Assembly (NCBI GenBank): GCA_000995965.1
Contig: LBYD01000002.1
Coordinates: 336,563 to 392,696, forward strand
From: Candidatus Moranbacteria bacterium GW2011_GWC2_40_12
Lineage (GTDB): Bacteria > Patescibacteriota > Minisyncoccia > Moranbacterales > UBA11712
DNA length: 56,134 nt
Direction of reading: 5' to 3'
In this document: positions 1 to 7,777 of the stretch, piece after piece
Numbering within the stretch: position 1 is the first letter of the stretch
Layout: each line of letters starts with the position of its first letter
Program-made: the position numbers and the translations under genes
Notes under the pieces: generated by a model
Seen by the model: only the letters and a program-made list of their open reading frames with translations
What the model was told of the DNA's origin: nothing
The model's database searches: none

Positions 1-454
1 CCAAAACTTCAACCGGCAAAATCACCGAACGGGAAAAAGTTCCCCAATAACATTCCTGGTAATAATAGTTTTCACCCTCAACCTTTTCATCATTCTTTCT
101 TTCACCGCGAATCGTCACCATATCGTTATTGATCGAAACATCCAGATCTTCCGGCTTCACTCCGGCAATTGTCGACTTAATAACAATATCATTATCCGTT
201 TGGTAGACGTCAATAGTGAGCTGTCCCTCCGAATCGCCAGCCCAGCTCTCATCCTGTTCGGCTGGAGCTTCCGCTTCCTGCGCGGTCGGTTCGATTGAAT
301 AATCCTCCTGCGGAGCGGTCTCTGGCTGGATATTGGTTCCTCCATATGAAACCGGGGCGGTAGTCCCGCCGTAGCCGTATGAAGACTGGCCGTGCTCGCC
401 GGGAATTTTTCTAGCGCCGGTTAGTCTTTCAAAAAATGATCGTTTTTCTTTCAT
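1..454 (-). CDS. Hsp20/alpha-crystallin small heat-shock protein (C-terminus cut by window edge)
   Basis: I translated the minus strand by hand from the ATG at 454-452: MKEKRSFFERL...GQLTIDVYQTDNDIVIKSTIAGVKPEDLDVSINNDMVTIRGERKNDEK...YYYQECYWGTFSRSVILPVEV. This is the typical alpha-crystallin core. The ORF is missing from the track because it runs off the window. Confidence 0.8.
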   Translation of the reverse strand, partial: MKEKRSFFERLTGARKIPGEHGQSSYGYGGTTAPVSYGGTNIQPETAPQEDYSIEPTAQEAEAPAEQDESWAGDSEGQLTIDVYQTDNDIVIKSTIAGVKPEDLDVSINNDMVTIRGERKNDEKVEGENYYYQECYWGTFSRSVILPVEVL

Positions 455-534
455 ATGATTTCTCTACGAATTACGAATCATATACGAATATGCGAATAAT
501 TTTAGGTGATTTTAGTATATAACCATCCGGCGAT

Positions 535-1143
535 TTAATCAAGCTTGCGTATGTTGAAAATAATAATGGATATATTTATCAAAAAAGTTATTCCCAAAAC
601 GATTCCAACAAGCCAACTCGTGAACTCTCCTTTCTGGATGACGAGAAAATTGAAGAGAAGATGGATGAATGCCGGAGGGACAACCGTTCGCATTGCCAGA
701 AATCTCACATTTCTTTCCCGGCTGGCGATGAGCGCTGAAATAAGGAAAAAAGTGAGAATATGAAGCAAGCCAATAGCTGAAAGGGAGAAAAGAGTGTCGC
801 TGTCAAGGCTGCCAATATCCCAAATCTTTTTCCTGTTAGTGAGAAGAATGAGAAATATTTCCGCTGCGCCAAAGAACGATCCGGCGACGAGAGACGCCGC
901 GAAGAATTTGAATCGGTTGAGATTGAAATATCCCCGCAAAATGAAAACAGCGGAAAAATATTTGAAACTTTCTTCAATAATGGCCGAAGCGACGAGAAAA
1001 AAAGTGAGATTATTATACACTTCAAAAATTATTTCTTTTCGGTAAAAAATGTTTACGACGACGGCCAGAAATTGTTCAGCGGCGACGGATGCCAGAGCCA
1101 TCAAGACTCCAGCAAGCGGGGCGCCAAGAAGAATGCTCGTCAT
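535..1143 (-). CDS. PrsW-like intramembrane protease (multi-pass membrane protein)
   Basis: 202-aa ORF with multiple hydrophobic segments. It has the motifs IIEESFKY (EExxK), FGAAE and FIHLLFN (HxxxN), as in the PrsW family. It overlaps the tsaD stop by 4 nt. Confidence 0.5.
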   Translation of the reverse strand: MTSILLGAPLAGVLMALASVAAEQFLAVVVNIFYRKEIIFEVYNNLTFFLVASAIIEESFKYFSAVFILRGYFNLNRFKFFAASLVAGSFFGAAEIFLILLTNRKKIWDIGSLDSDTLFSLSAIGLLHILTFFLISALIASRERNVRFLAMRTVVPPAFIHLLFNFLVIQKGEFTSWLVGIVLGITFLINISIIIFNIRKLD

Positions 1144-2282
1144 TTGTTTAGCCTTAAGTTTGCGTCAGCTTCGAGATTTCTCCATGTATTATAAAACGGT
1201 TTGCGGTTTTTCGAAAATTCCCACTTGAAATATCCGGCGGCGGCGATCATCACGGCGTTGTCCATTGAGTATTTTGCATCTGGTATCTGATATTTTGTAT
1301 TTGGCATAACTTCCTTTATTTTTTCACCCAATTGTTTTCTGAGTTCCTTGTTTGCCGAAACTCCTCCGCCGAGGAGGATCGTTTTCGGCTTGAATTTTTT
1401 GGCGGCTCGGATTGTTTTTGAAACCAGCACGTCAATCACGGCTTGCTGAAACTCGGCGCAGAGTTCGCCGGTGATTTTTTTGCTTTTTAGAATTCGAGGA
1501 TGGTCACGGACAGTATAAAGAAGGGCTGTTTTTAGCCCAGAAAAAGAAAAATTGAAATCAGGGGAATTGAGCATCGGTCTCGGCAAAGCTTGGCTTTGAG
1601 GAATTCCCGGGCGTTTAGTCGGGAAAGGGAAAATCCGAGCTTTAGCCGATGTTTGGAATTTATCAGCATAAGCGGAGACTATTGGTCCTCCGGGATATCC
1701 CAATCCCAAAATCTTCGCCGCTTTGTCAAAGGCTTCTCCGGCTGCGTCGTCAAGTGTCTGTCCGACAATCCTGAAATCCATATGTTTTTTCATGAGAATC
1801 AGCTCCGTATGCCCGCCGGAAACGATTAGGGCCAAAATAGGGAACCTGATAAGGTTCGACCTTGAGGAATTTCCTGACGGATAGTCCGGAAAGGGAAAGG
1901 TCGAATCTTGCAAAAAATTCGAGTAAATATGACCAACCACGTGGTGAACTCCCACCAGCGGTTTTTTCCAGGCATAAGCCAGGGTTTTCGCCGCGTTTGT
2001 TCCGATGAGAAGCGCTGGAATAAGTCCGGGACCCTGTGTGACGGCGATCAAATCAACATTGTTTTGCCTGATTTTATTTTTCGCAATGATCTTTTTGAGG
2101 AGCAAGGGCAGATTTTTGAGGTGATCCCGGGCGGCAAGATTGGGGACGACGCCGCCGAACGGGGCGTGCGTTTTTGTTTGGGAAGAGACATAATCATCCA
2201 TGACAAAAAAATTGCCCTTTTCCGCTTTCACGAGGGCAACAGCCGTGTCGTCGCAGGATGTTTCAATAGCAAGAATTTGCAT
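1140..2282 (-). CDS. tsaD: tRNA N6-adenosine threonylcarbamoyltransferase TsaD (Kae1/OSGEP family), carrying two in-frame repeat insertions
   Basis: MQILAIETSCDDTAVALV..., HHVVGH, LALIVSGGHTEL, DFNFSFSGLKTA, GGGVSAN. I moved the start to the internal Met at 2282, because the track ORF extends upstream to 2333. Confidence 0.9.
   Translation of the reverse strand: MQILAIETSCDDTAVALVKAEKGNFFVMDDYVSSQTKTHAPFGGVVPNLAARDHLKNLPLLLKKIIAKNKIRQNNVDLIAVTQGPGLIPALLIGTNAAKTLAYAWKKPLVGVHHVVGHIYSNFLQDSTFPFPDYPSGNSSRSNLIRFPILALIVSGGHTELILMKKHMDFRIVGQTLDDAAGEAFDKAAKILGLGYPGGPIVSAYADKFQTSAKARIFPFPTKRPGIPQSQALPRPMLNSPDFNFSFSGLKTALLYTVRDHPRILKSKKITGELCAEFQQAVIDVLVSKTIRAAKKFKPKTILLGGGVSANKELRKQLGEKIKEVMPNTKYQIPDAKYSMDNAVMIAAAGYFKWEFSKNRKPFYNTWRNLEADANLRLNK
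1584..1643 (-). repeat. 60-nt AAAGC-hairpin element, copy D (in frame inside tsaD)
   Basis: The reverse complement reads aaagctcggattttccctttcccgactaaacgcccgggaattcctcaaagccaagctttg. It is about 75% identical, over the same 60-nt length, to the intergenic copy at 14549-14608. Confidence 0.75.
1851..1910 (-). repeat. Diverged second copy (E) of the same element inside tsaD
   Basis: It shares the blocks ttgaggaatt and ggaaagggaaa and the terminal AAGG/CTT hairpin words with copy D. It has the same orientation and frame and a length of about 60 nt. Confidence 0.55.
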
Positions 2283-2394
2283 ATTCTCCAGTATAAAGCA
2301 TTTTGTGTAAAGTATAAAGGTTTTTTCGCGCATTTTTCGCTGCTCGGGTTGACTCTTGGTCGGTTTTCCATTATTATTCAGCCCGTGGCTTTGT

Positions 2395-2466
2395 GCCGCT
2401 ATCGTCTAGTGGTTAGGACAGCGGGTTTTCAATCCGTTAACCGGGGTTCGATTCCCCGTAGCGGTA
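2395..2466 (+). tRNA. tRNA-Glu (anticodon UUC)
   Basis: Cloverleaf folded by hand. Acceptor GCCGCTA/TAGCGGT, D arm GTCT/GGAC, anticodon stem GCGGG/TCCGT with loop TTTTCAA, T arm CGGGG-TTCGATT-CCCCG, discriminator A. No CCA is encoded. Confidence 0.9.
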
Positions 2467-3964
2467 CTAACAGCGATTTATTCGCGCCAAAAGTCTTGTT
2501 TAGTTCATATATAAGCCCCATTCGGGCGGTTCCAAATCCTTCGTCTCTTTTATACGAAATCCCCTCGGGAAATACCATTTTTTGGAACCTCGAATGTGAT
2601 TGCGACAAATCCAGCCATTGCCTGCCAAGATCGCTGATAAAATTGTTAGCATAAGATAAAATCCCTTCAACATCAAATTGATCAATCCTTGTTTCGCTCA
2701 AGGATATTTTTGTTGCCACGATTTCATTTTCAATTTCTTCTTTGCGTTCTTGAAATTCTTTCTGGCTGTATGATCCGTCTTCCCGCATTTCAAATATTCT
2801 CTTTCTTTTCCCATCCAAAATAGCAATTTGCCTTTCATATTTTTGGGCGTCCATTCTGAAATCTTTGCCCTTTTCCTCCCATAAGTCCAAAATTGTCGCT
2901 TTGAAGATTGCCAAAAACTTTTCTTTCGGTGTTCTTCGCTTGAGTTCGGCGACAAAATCTTCTTCCAGTTTCTTTTTGTTTATCGCTTTGCCATACATCG
3001 CACAATCTCTATTCCGGCAATGATAATATAAATACTTTCCGCCGTTCCCAGTGGAACAGCTTCCCGTCAAAGGCATTCCGCAATGACCGCAAAGAACAGT
3101 CCGCTTGAGCGGGAAATTGGGATTCAATCGGTTGTGCTTCACTCTGTTTGATCTTCCCGATAAAATAATTTCGATTTTATGATATTCTTCTTTGGTTATC
3201 ATAGGCTTATGGATTCCTCGAATTTCCTCTTTTGTCCACGGGTTCACTAGAATACCGGCGTAAAATTTCAAATGATTGCAAAATATCTTGCTCACGAATT
3301 GAGGACGGGTCTTTTTTCCTCGTATTTTGCTTAATCCCAGCTTATCAAATAGATTCAGCATCTCCGCTTGCGAATAGAGCCCTTTGGAAAATTCTTTCAG
3401 CCCCTTTTGAATAATGGGGAATATTTCTTCGTGCGGTTTGTCGGGTTCGTTTTTCTTTTCGCCCCTTTTCTTGGTTTGCGGGCTAATATAGCCAATTGGC
3501 GGTTGCCACGGATTTATTCCTTGATTCAACCTCGAAATCATTCCGTCAACACATCTTTGTTTTCTCACGGCATTGTCAAATTCAGCACTGCCAGCCAGCA
3601 CCGTTTCAACGAATTTCTCGGCTGGATTATTGCCAATCGGTTCCGAAACAGAATTGAGCGTAGCCCCATAATCAAGAAGCATTTTTCGCACGTAAAAATG
3701 ATCTTCCGTATTTCTCGCGAAGCGATCCACCTTGTAGACTACAAAAGCGTCAATCTTGCCTTTGTTTTTCCGGCAAAATTCAATAGCTCGCAAAAACTCG
3801 GCTCGATCCGCCGTCTTGGCTGAAGCCCCTTCTTCTCGGAAAACAGCCAAGACTTCAATGCCTCGATCTTTGCAGAAATTCCGGCAAAGCTCCTCTTGAT
3901 GTTCGAGAGAAGTGCCTTTGACTTGCTCCTCGCTTGATACTCTTGTATAGATTATGCCTTTCAT
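2429..3964 (-). CDS. Large serine recombinase (resolvase catalytic domain, recombinase domain, zinc ribbon and coiled coil)
   Basis: N-terminus MKGIIYTRVSSEEQ...VVYKVDRFARN. Zinc ribbon CGHCGMPLTGS...YYHCRNRDC. The last ~12 codons are antisense to the 3' half of tRNA-Glu, and the stop codon lies in the anticodon loop. Confidence 0.9.
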   Translation of the reverse strand: MKGIIYTRVSSEEQVKGTSLEHQEELCRNFCKDRGIEVLAVFREEGASAKTADRAEFLRAIEFCRKNKGKIDAFVVYKVDRFARNTEDHFYVRKMLLDYGATLNSVSEPIGNNPAEKFVETVLAGSAEFDNAVRKQRCVDGMISRLNQGINPWQPPIGYISPQTKKRGEKKNEPDKPHEEIFPIIQKGLKEFSKGLYSQAEMLNLFDKLGLSKIRGKKTRPQFVSKIFCNHLKFYAGILVNPWTKEEIRGIHKPMITKEEYHKIEIILSGRSNRVKHNRLNPNFPLKRTVLCGHCGMPLTGSCSTGNGGKYLYYHCRNRDCAMYGKAINKKKLEEDFVAELKRRTPKEKFLAIFKATILDLWEEKGKDFRMDAQKYERQIAILDGKRKRIFEMREDGSYSQKEFQERKEEIENEIVATKISLSETRIDQFDVEGILSYANNFISDLGRQWLDLSQSHSRFQKMVFPEGISYKRDEGFGTARMGLIYELNKTFGANKSLLVPLRGIEPRLTD

Positions 3965-3981
3965 TTTTTTTATAACTAAAA

Positions 3982-4076
3982 GGACGGTTCTGGTGAATCC
4001 AACAAACTAAAAGCCTGTTAGCAGAACCGCCCATTTAGTCGGACGATAATGGCTTTTAGTATTTCATTGGATTCAC
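3982..4076. repeat. Nested imperfect inverted repeats between the two recombinase genes
   Basis: gtgaatccaacaaactaaaagcc (3993-4015) pairs with ggcttttagtatttcattggattcac (4051-4076). ggacggttctg (3982-3992) pairs with cagaaccgccc (4022-4032). Confidence 0.6.
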
Positions 4077-4097
4077 ACTTATATCATAGGCGAAATT

Positions 4098-5240
4098 TCA
4101 ATCTTGAGCAAGATTATCAGCTATATTCCGCAAATATTCCGCAAATTCCTTTTTATTCGAGTTTACTGCTATATTCCCTAAAATCTTTTCGCTTTTTTCA
4201 TTATTAAGTTTAATACCCTGCACAATTTCAATTTGTCTATCCTCGGCAATTTTTCCATAGCCGTATGATCCAAAAGTCGTTCCAACATCATTATGTCCCA
4301 AATTTTGACTGATTGCCTTTTTTTGTTCTTCGGTTAAGGGACTTTGAATAAACTCTTTTACTATCAAATCCCGAAATATATGGGGTTTATAATACGGAAC
4401 ACCGGCTTTGATAAATCTTTTTTCAAGTATTTTTCTCACGGAACTGCCGCTTTTCCAAAAAATCGGTTCAATTTCTCCCGTGCTAAAGTAGCAAATATTT
4501 TCGGCTCCTTGCTCTTTTTTGGTCGCGGGGAAAATCGGATCATCCGGTTTGAATTTTTTTTCTTTGACTAAATAATCATACCAACTCGTGAAATAATCCA
4601 AGGGCTTTGCAAACGAAAGAGGAACAAGAGCAGTTGTTATTCTTTTGCGAAGCTTGGTTTTTATCTCAAAATTTGGATCTTGATCAATGACCAGCTTATT
4701 TCTATCAAAACTTTTTATCGGCAAGCTTATCAGTGCGGAAAGCCTGATTCCAGAAAGATAAAGCAAGGATATTATAGCTCTATCCCTATTATCAACGTCA
4801 TTCTTCACCTCAATACTCTCAATAACCGTCTTTATTTCTTCCACCGTTGGAACATTCTTTTTTTTGCTTTGAATAGCCGCTCTGGTTTCGTTTCTTGAAA
4901 GCTTCAAGCAATTGATAAATGACGGGTTGATTCTTGATCTGTATTTCGGTTGCAAGGCTAACCATTCGAAAAATGATCGTAGCAGCCTCAAAATGTTATA
5001 GGCGTAGCTTAGGCTTATTTTTTCTTCCGTGTTTTTCTTTTTCCTATTTTTCAACCAATCTCGAAATTCAACCGCTTGTTTTTTGTTGAAATTGGAAAAG
5101 TCGGCATTTTTCGTGAAATCCTGCCAATTCAAAATAGATTTTTCGAAAGCGGCGATTGAATCTTCCGAAAATCTTTCAATGTCTCTCAAATACTCAAAAT
5201 AATCTCTTTTCGCCATTTCATTTTTTTGCAATGTGTTCAT
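4098..5240 (-). CDS. Tyrosine recombinase / phage-type integrase
   Basis: SAM-like N-terminal domain. Catalytic signature GIRLSAL..., KPHIFRDLIV (HxxR), LGHNDVGTTFGSYGYG (catalytic Tyr region). Confidence 0.85.
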   Translation of the reverse strand: MNTLQKNEMAKRDYFEYLRDIERFSEDSIAAFEKSILNWQDFTKNADFSNFNKKQAVEFRDWLKNRKKKNTEEKISLSYAYNILRLLRSFFEWLALQPKYRSRINPSFINCLKLSRNETRAAIQSKKKNVPTVEEIKTVIESIEVKNDVDNRDRAIISLLYLSGIRLSALISLPIKSFDRNKLVIDQDPNFEIKTKLRKRITTALVPLSFAKPLDYFTSWYDYLVKEKKFKPDDPIFPATKKEQGAENICYFSTGEIEPIFWKSGSSVRKILEKRFIKAGVPYYKPHIFRDLIVKEFIQSPLTEEQKKAISQNLGHNDVGTTFGSYGYGKIAEDRQIEIVQGIKLNNEKSEKILGNIAVNSNKKEFAEYLRNIADNLAQD

Positions 5241-5318
5241 TTAGTTTAATTTAATTAATTGTTATATGTGGACATTTAAGCGTATAGAAATGTAATTATA
5301 TAATCCCTTTGATAGACA

Positions 5319-5702
5319 CTACACAAAGAGGTTGATTTTTTTATTGCAGAACTCACATAACCCCGTTTTTATTTGCTGGCTTCTATTCTGTTTTCCGATC
5401 TTTTTGCCGGTCATTTGAATTTTCTCACTCCCTGATATTGCTTTTACCGCCTTTTTGCACGTGAAGCAAAAATATTCATTTTCCCCAAGCTCAACTTTGT
5501 TTTTTGCCCGCTTTTTATCAAGAAACTCTTTCAGATCATCACCCATAACCAATAGGGGCTTTGCTGTTGGATCAAGAACTTTCAACCCGACTTTTGTCCA
5601 CCGGAAACAAGATTTCTTGTTTATGCCCAGAAGATTCGATATTTCTTGGACGGAGTAAGAGTGTCTTGTTTTTATAAGTTTTGTATTATATCTGCCGGAC
5701 AT
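5319..5702 (-). CDS. Small HTH plus C-terminal zinc-ribbon protein (possible excisionase or regulator)
   Basis: YSVQEISNLLGINKKSCFRWTKVG looks like a helix-turn-helix. CFTCKK...CEFCNKK gives CxxC...CxxC. It sits directly upstream of the integrase. Confidence 0.5.
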   Translation of the reverse strand: MSGRYNTKLIKTRHSYSVQEISNLLGINKKSCFRWTKVGLKVLDPTAKPLLVMGDDLKEFLDKKRAKNKVELGENEYFCFTCKKAVKAISGSEKIQMTGKKIGKQNRSQQIKTGLCEFCNKKINLFV

Positions 5703-5730
5703 TGTGATTTTGCATATAATTTTAATCTCC

Positions 5731-5880
5731 TTAATCGTCTATCTTGATCCCTTTTTCCTCTTGCCATTTTTCAAAGATTATCTCGGCAAGCGAACGAAAC
5801 TCGTCTCTGATTTGGGCGATTTCTTCATCGGAGTAATTTGGATCATTTAGCAATTCTTTGACTTGCTGAATCGTGAGCAT
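5731..5880 (-). CDS. Hypothetical 49-aa protein (below the track cutoff)
   Basis: My translation is MLTIQQVKELLNDPNYSDEEIAQIRDEFRSLAEIIFEKWQEEKGIKIDD*. It is packed between the two neighbouring ORFs on the same strand. Confidence 0.35.
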   Translation of the reverse strand: MLTIQQVKELLNDPNYSDEEIAQIRDEFRSLAEIIFEKWQEEKGIKIDD

Positions 5881-5884
5881 CGGG

Positions 5885-6166
5885 TTAGTTATAAATTCGC
5901 CGTTTTATGTCTTTTTGGATTGCTTGAAACTTATTCGGCTCGATCAAGAGGCGACTGTTATAAAAATCATTAAGTAATTTATCCGTGTTGCCGGTTTTCT
6001 TGATCGCGAAAATGCACCGCGAAGAATCGGCTTTATCAACTTCTTGCAAGATATGATCGAAATATACAAGAACGCTACATATCAGCAGATCGGATGTTTG
6101 ATAATAATTTTCCTGTCGTTCTTTTTTAATCGTCATAATTTTAATTTCTGGGAATGCTTCTTGCAC
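5885..6166 (-). CDS. Small hypothetical protein that resembles DUF5659-type phage/plasmid proteins
   Basis: The pattern YYQTSDLLICSVLVYF...RCIFAIKKTGNTDKLLNDFYNSRLLIEPNKFQAIQKDIKRRIY matches my memory of that family. This was not searched. Confidence 0.4.
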   Translation of the reverse strand: MQEAFPEIKIMTIKKERQENYYQTSDLLICSVLVYFDHILQEVDKADSSRCIFAIKKTGNTDKLLNDFYNSRLLIEPNKFQAIQKDIKRRIYN

Positions 6167-6231
6167 AAAAAAACCATACCTACAGTATGGATCATTTATA
6201 ATTTTAATCTTGAACTTTAGACTAGATTGGA

Positions 6232-7542
6232 CTACTTCGGACTATTTTTACTATGGGCTAATTCCAACTCTTTTAAGAGAATCGTTTCTTTTATGCCCCT
6301 ATAATCAAGTTCACTTTTCGAAACATTTTGATTGAACATTAAAGCAGTTTTTCCTCTTTTGGGGAAAAATAATTTTAAAATTTCTCCCTTAAAGCCAAGA
6401 GCATTGAAAATTGCGATGAATCTCTTTTTTCCGATTTCTTCCTTGATTCTTTGTGGTAGTTCACTTCTTTTTATTTCTCTGTTTGGATTTTCAAGCAAAT
6501 AAAGAAAAAATTCTAAGTTGCTTCCGATTGCATACGGCTTACTAATCAAATAAGTTTCGTTTACCCAAATTTCTCTGTCCTTGACTGATAGATTGTAGTA
6601 GTCGCGCTCTCGGGAAATATCAGCTTTAAGTTGCATTTTTTCCAGTGTTTTTTCCAATTCCTTCTTCTTAAACTCTCTAAGCTTGTTGAGCTTCACATCA
6701 GAAAAACTGAATTTTGTTCCTCCTGAATAATTTCCCCTTCCCCATTCTTCAAAACAACCTGCCTCTTTTAGCTTATTGAAATAAGCTTCCAGCATCCGCG
6801 AATCATCCATTCTGTCCTCGAAGTTAAAATAGTAATAATCAATGGTTATGCCGGTCGCGTTATTTGTCTGGGACTGAAATTCGAATTTTTCAATGATTAT
6901 GTCCAAGGCGTGATTGTATTTATCTTGTGAAGAGGCGAGGATTCTGTTGTGCTTTAGGCTTTGTCGATGCTGTCTTTCACTCTTCTTACTTTGAGTCTCA
7001 ATCTGTCCTCGCAATAAGGCAAGTTCTATATTTTTTTCAATCGGCAGTATTGGTTTTCTAGTTAAAACATCATCATAACCCAAATCATAAACTGTTTTTT
7101 GTTCTGGTATTTTAAACGAGGACTCTTTTTCTCTCTCTGTATGGAGATTTTTTTCATTAATCTTTTTTAAATTTTCATAATCTTTCCATCTATCATCATA
7201 AATTTTTTCTAATCCTGAAAAGAATTTAACAAAGCGTTCTGGATCTAATGAAATTTCCACAATTCGCTCTCTAAACGCATCGTCCCTATATTCAAAAGAT
7301 GTGATTTGTTTGCACTCCTGGAGATATTGCAGCGCCTTATATCTTAAATCTCCGAGTGTCTTGTCCGAAAAAGCTTGTTGGGTAAAAACGAGAGCCAAGG
7401 ACGCATCAAAATTTTTTGCAATTGCATCAATAGAAACTTTTTCTTTTGGGAGAATATCCAATTCACTGCTTATTGCTCTGGTGGTGTCGTATAGCGCTGC
7501 GAAATTGAGCAAATTGAGTTCGCTTGGCGATTTTATTTCCAT
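6232..7542 (-). CDS. Hypothetical protein (about 436 aa), no family recognised
   Basis: Long uninterrupted ORF that is Lys/Glu-rich and lies in the island. Start placed at MEIKSPSE. The track ORF begins at 7596. Confidence 0.6.
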   Translation of the reverse strand: MEIKSPSELNLLNFAALYDTTRAISSELDILPKEKVSIDAIAKNFDASLALVFTQQAFSDKTLGDLRYKALQYLQECKQITSFEYRDDAFRERIVEISLDPERFVKFFSGLEKIYDDRWKDYENLKKINEKNLHTEREKESSFKIPEQKTVYDLGYDDVLTRKPILPIEKNIELALLRGQIETQSKKSERQHRQSLKHNRILASSQDKYNHALDIIIEKFEFQSQTNNATGITIDYYYFNFEDRMDDSRMLEAYFNKLKEAGCFEEWGRGNYSGGTKFSFSDVKLNKLREFKKKELEKTLEKMQLKADISRERDYYNLSVKDREIWVNETYLISKPYAIGSNLEFFLYLLENPNREIKRSELPQRIKEEIGKKRFIAIFNALGFKGEILKLFFPKRGKTALMFNQNVSKSELDYRGIKETILLKELELAHSKNSPK

Positions 7543-7603
7543 AGTAATTCTAATCTTAATTTCCTTTATTTTACGCCGAATAAGACAGAAAATCAAGGGG
7601 AAT

Positions 7604-7632
7604 TTGCATATTTAAGCGAAAAGGGGTAATCT
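7604..7632 (+). promoter_or_regulatory. Candidate sigma70-type promoter for the structured RNA
   Basis: TTGCAT (7604-7609), a 17-nt spacer, then TAATCT (7627-7632). Confidence 0.35.
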
Positions 7633-7638
7633 AAAATT

Positions 7639-7777
7639 GTTCACCTAAAACAGAATTTTTGTGAGGAGAAACTGCTTATTCTATCCGATTACGGGTAGCA
7701 ATGGGCAGTCGAGTTCCATAATCGGACTCTCCTCACGGATTGTCTGTTATGGGTGAACAGCTCGGCTGTCCTTTTTT
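7639..7777 (+). ncRNA. Candidate structured small RNA or leader with an intrinsic terminator (family unknown)
   Basis: Three nested helices: gttcacctaaaacag/ctgttatgggtgaac, gtgaggag/ctcctcac and tccgatta/taatcgga. They are followed by acagc-tcg-gctgt and a T tract. Confidence 0.45.

Larger units (their letters stand above)
2429..7596 (-). mobile_element. Recombination/regulation module of an integrative element next to tRNA-Glu (cargo may extend to about 14.0 kb)
   Basis: There are two recombinases of different families, a small HTH protein and phage-like small ORFs, all on one strand and abutting a tRNA. The segment is visibly more A+T-rich than the flanking housekeeping genes. Confidence 0.6.

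Noticed and set aside
1908-2654. 248-aa plus-strand ORF
   Set aside because: It is antisense to tsaD and runs straight through tRNA-Glu. It has the composition of a shadow ORF and no motifs.
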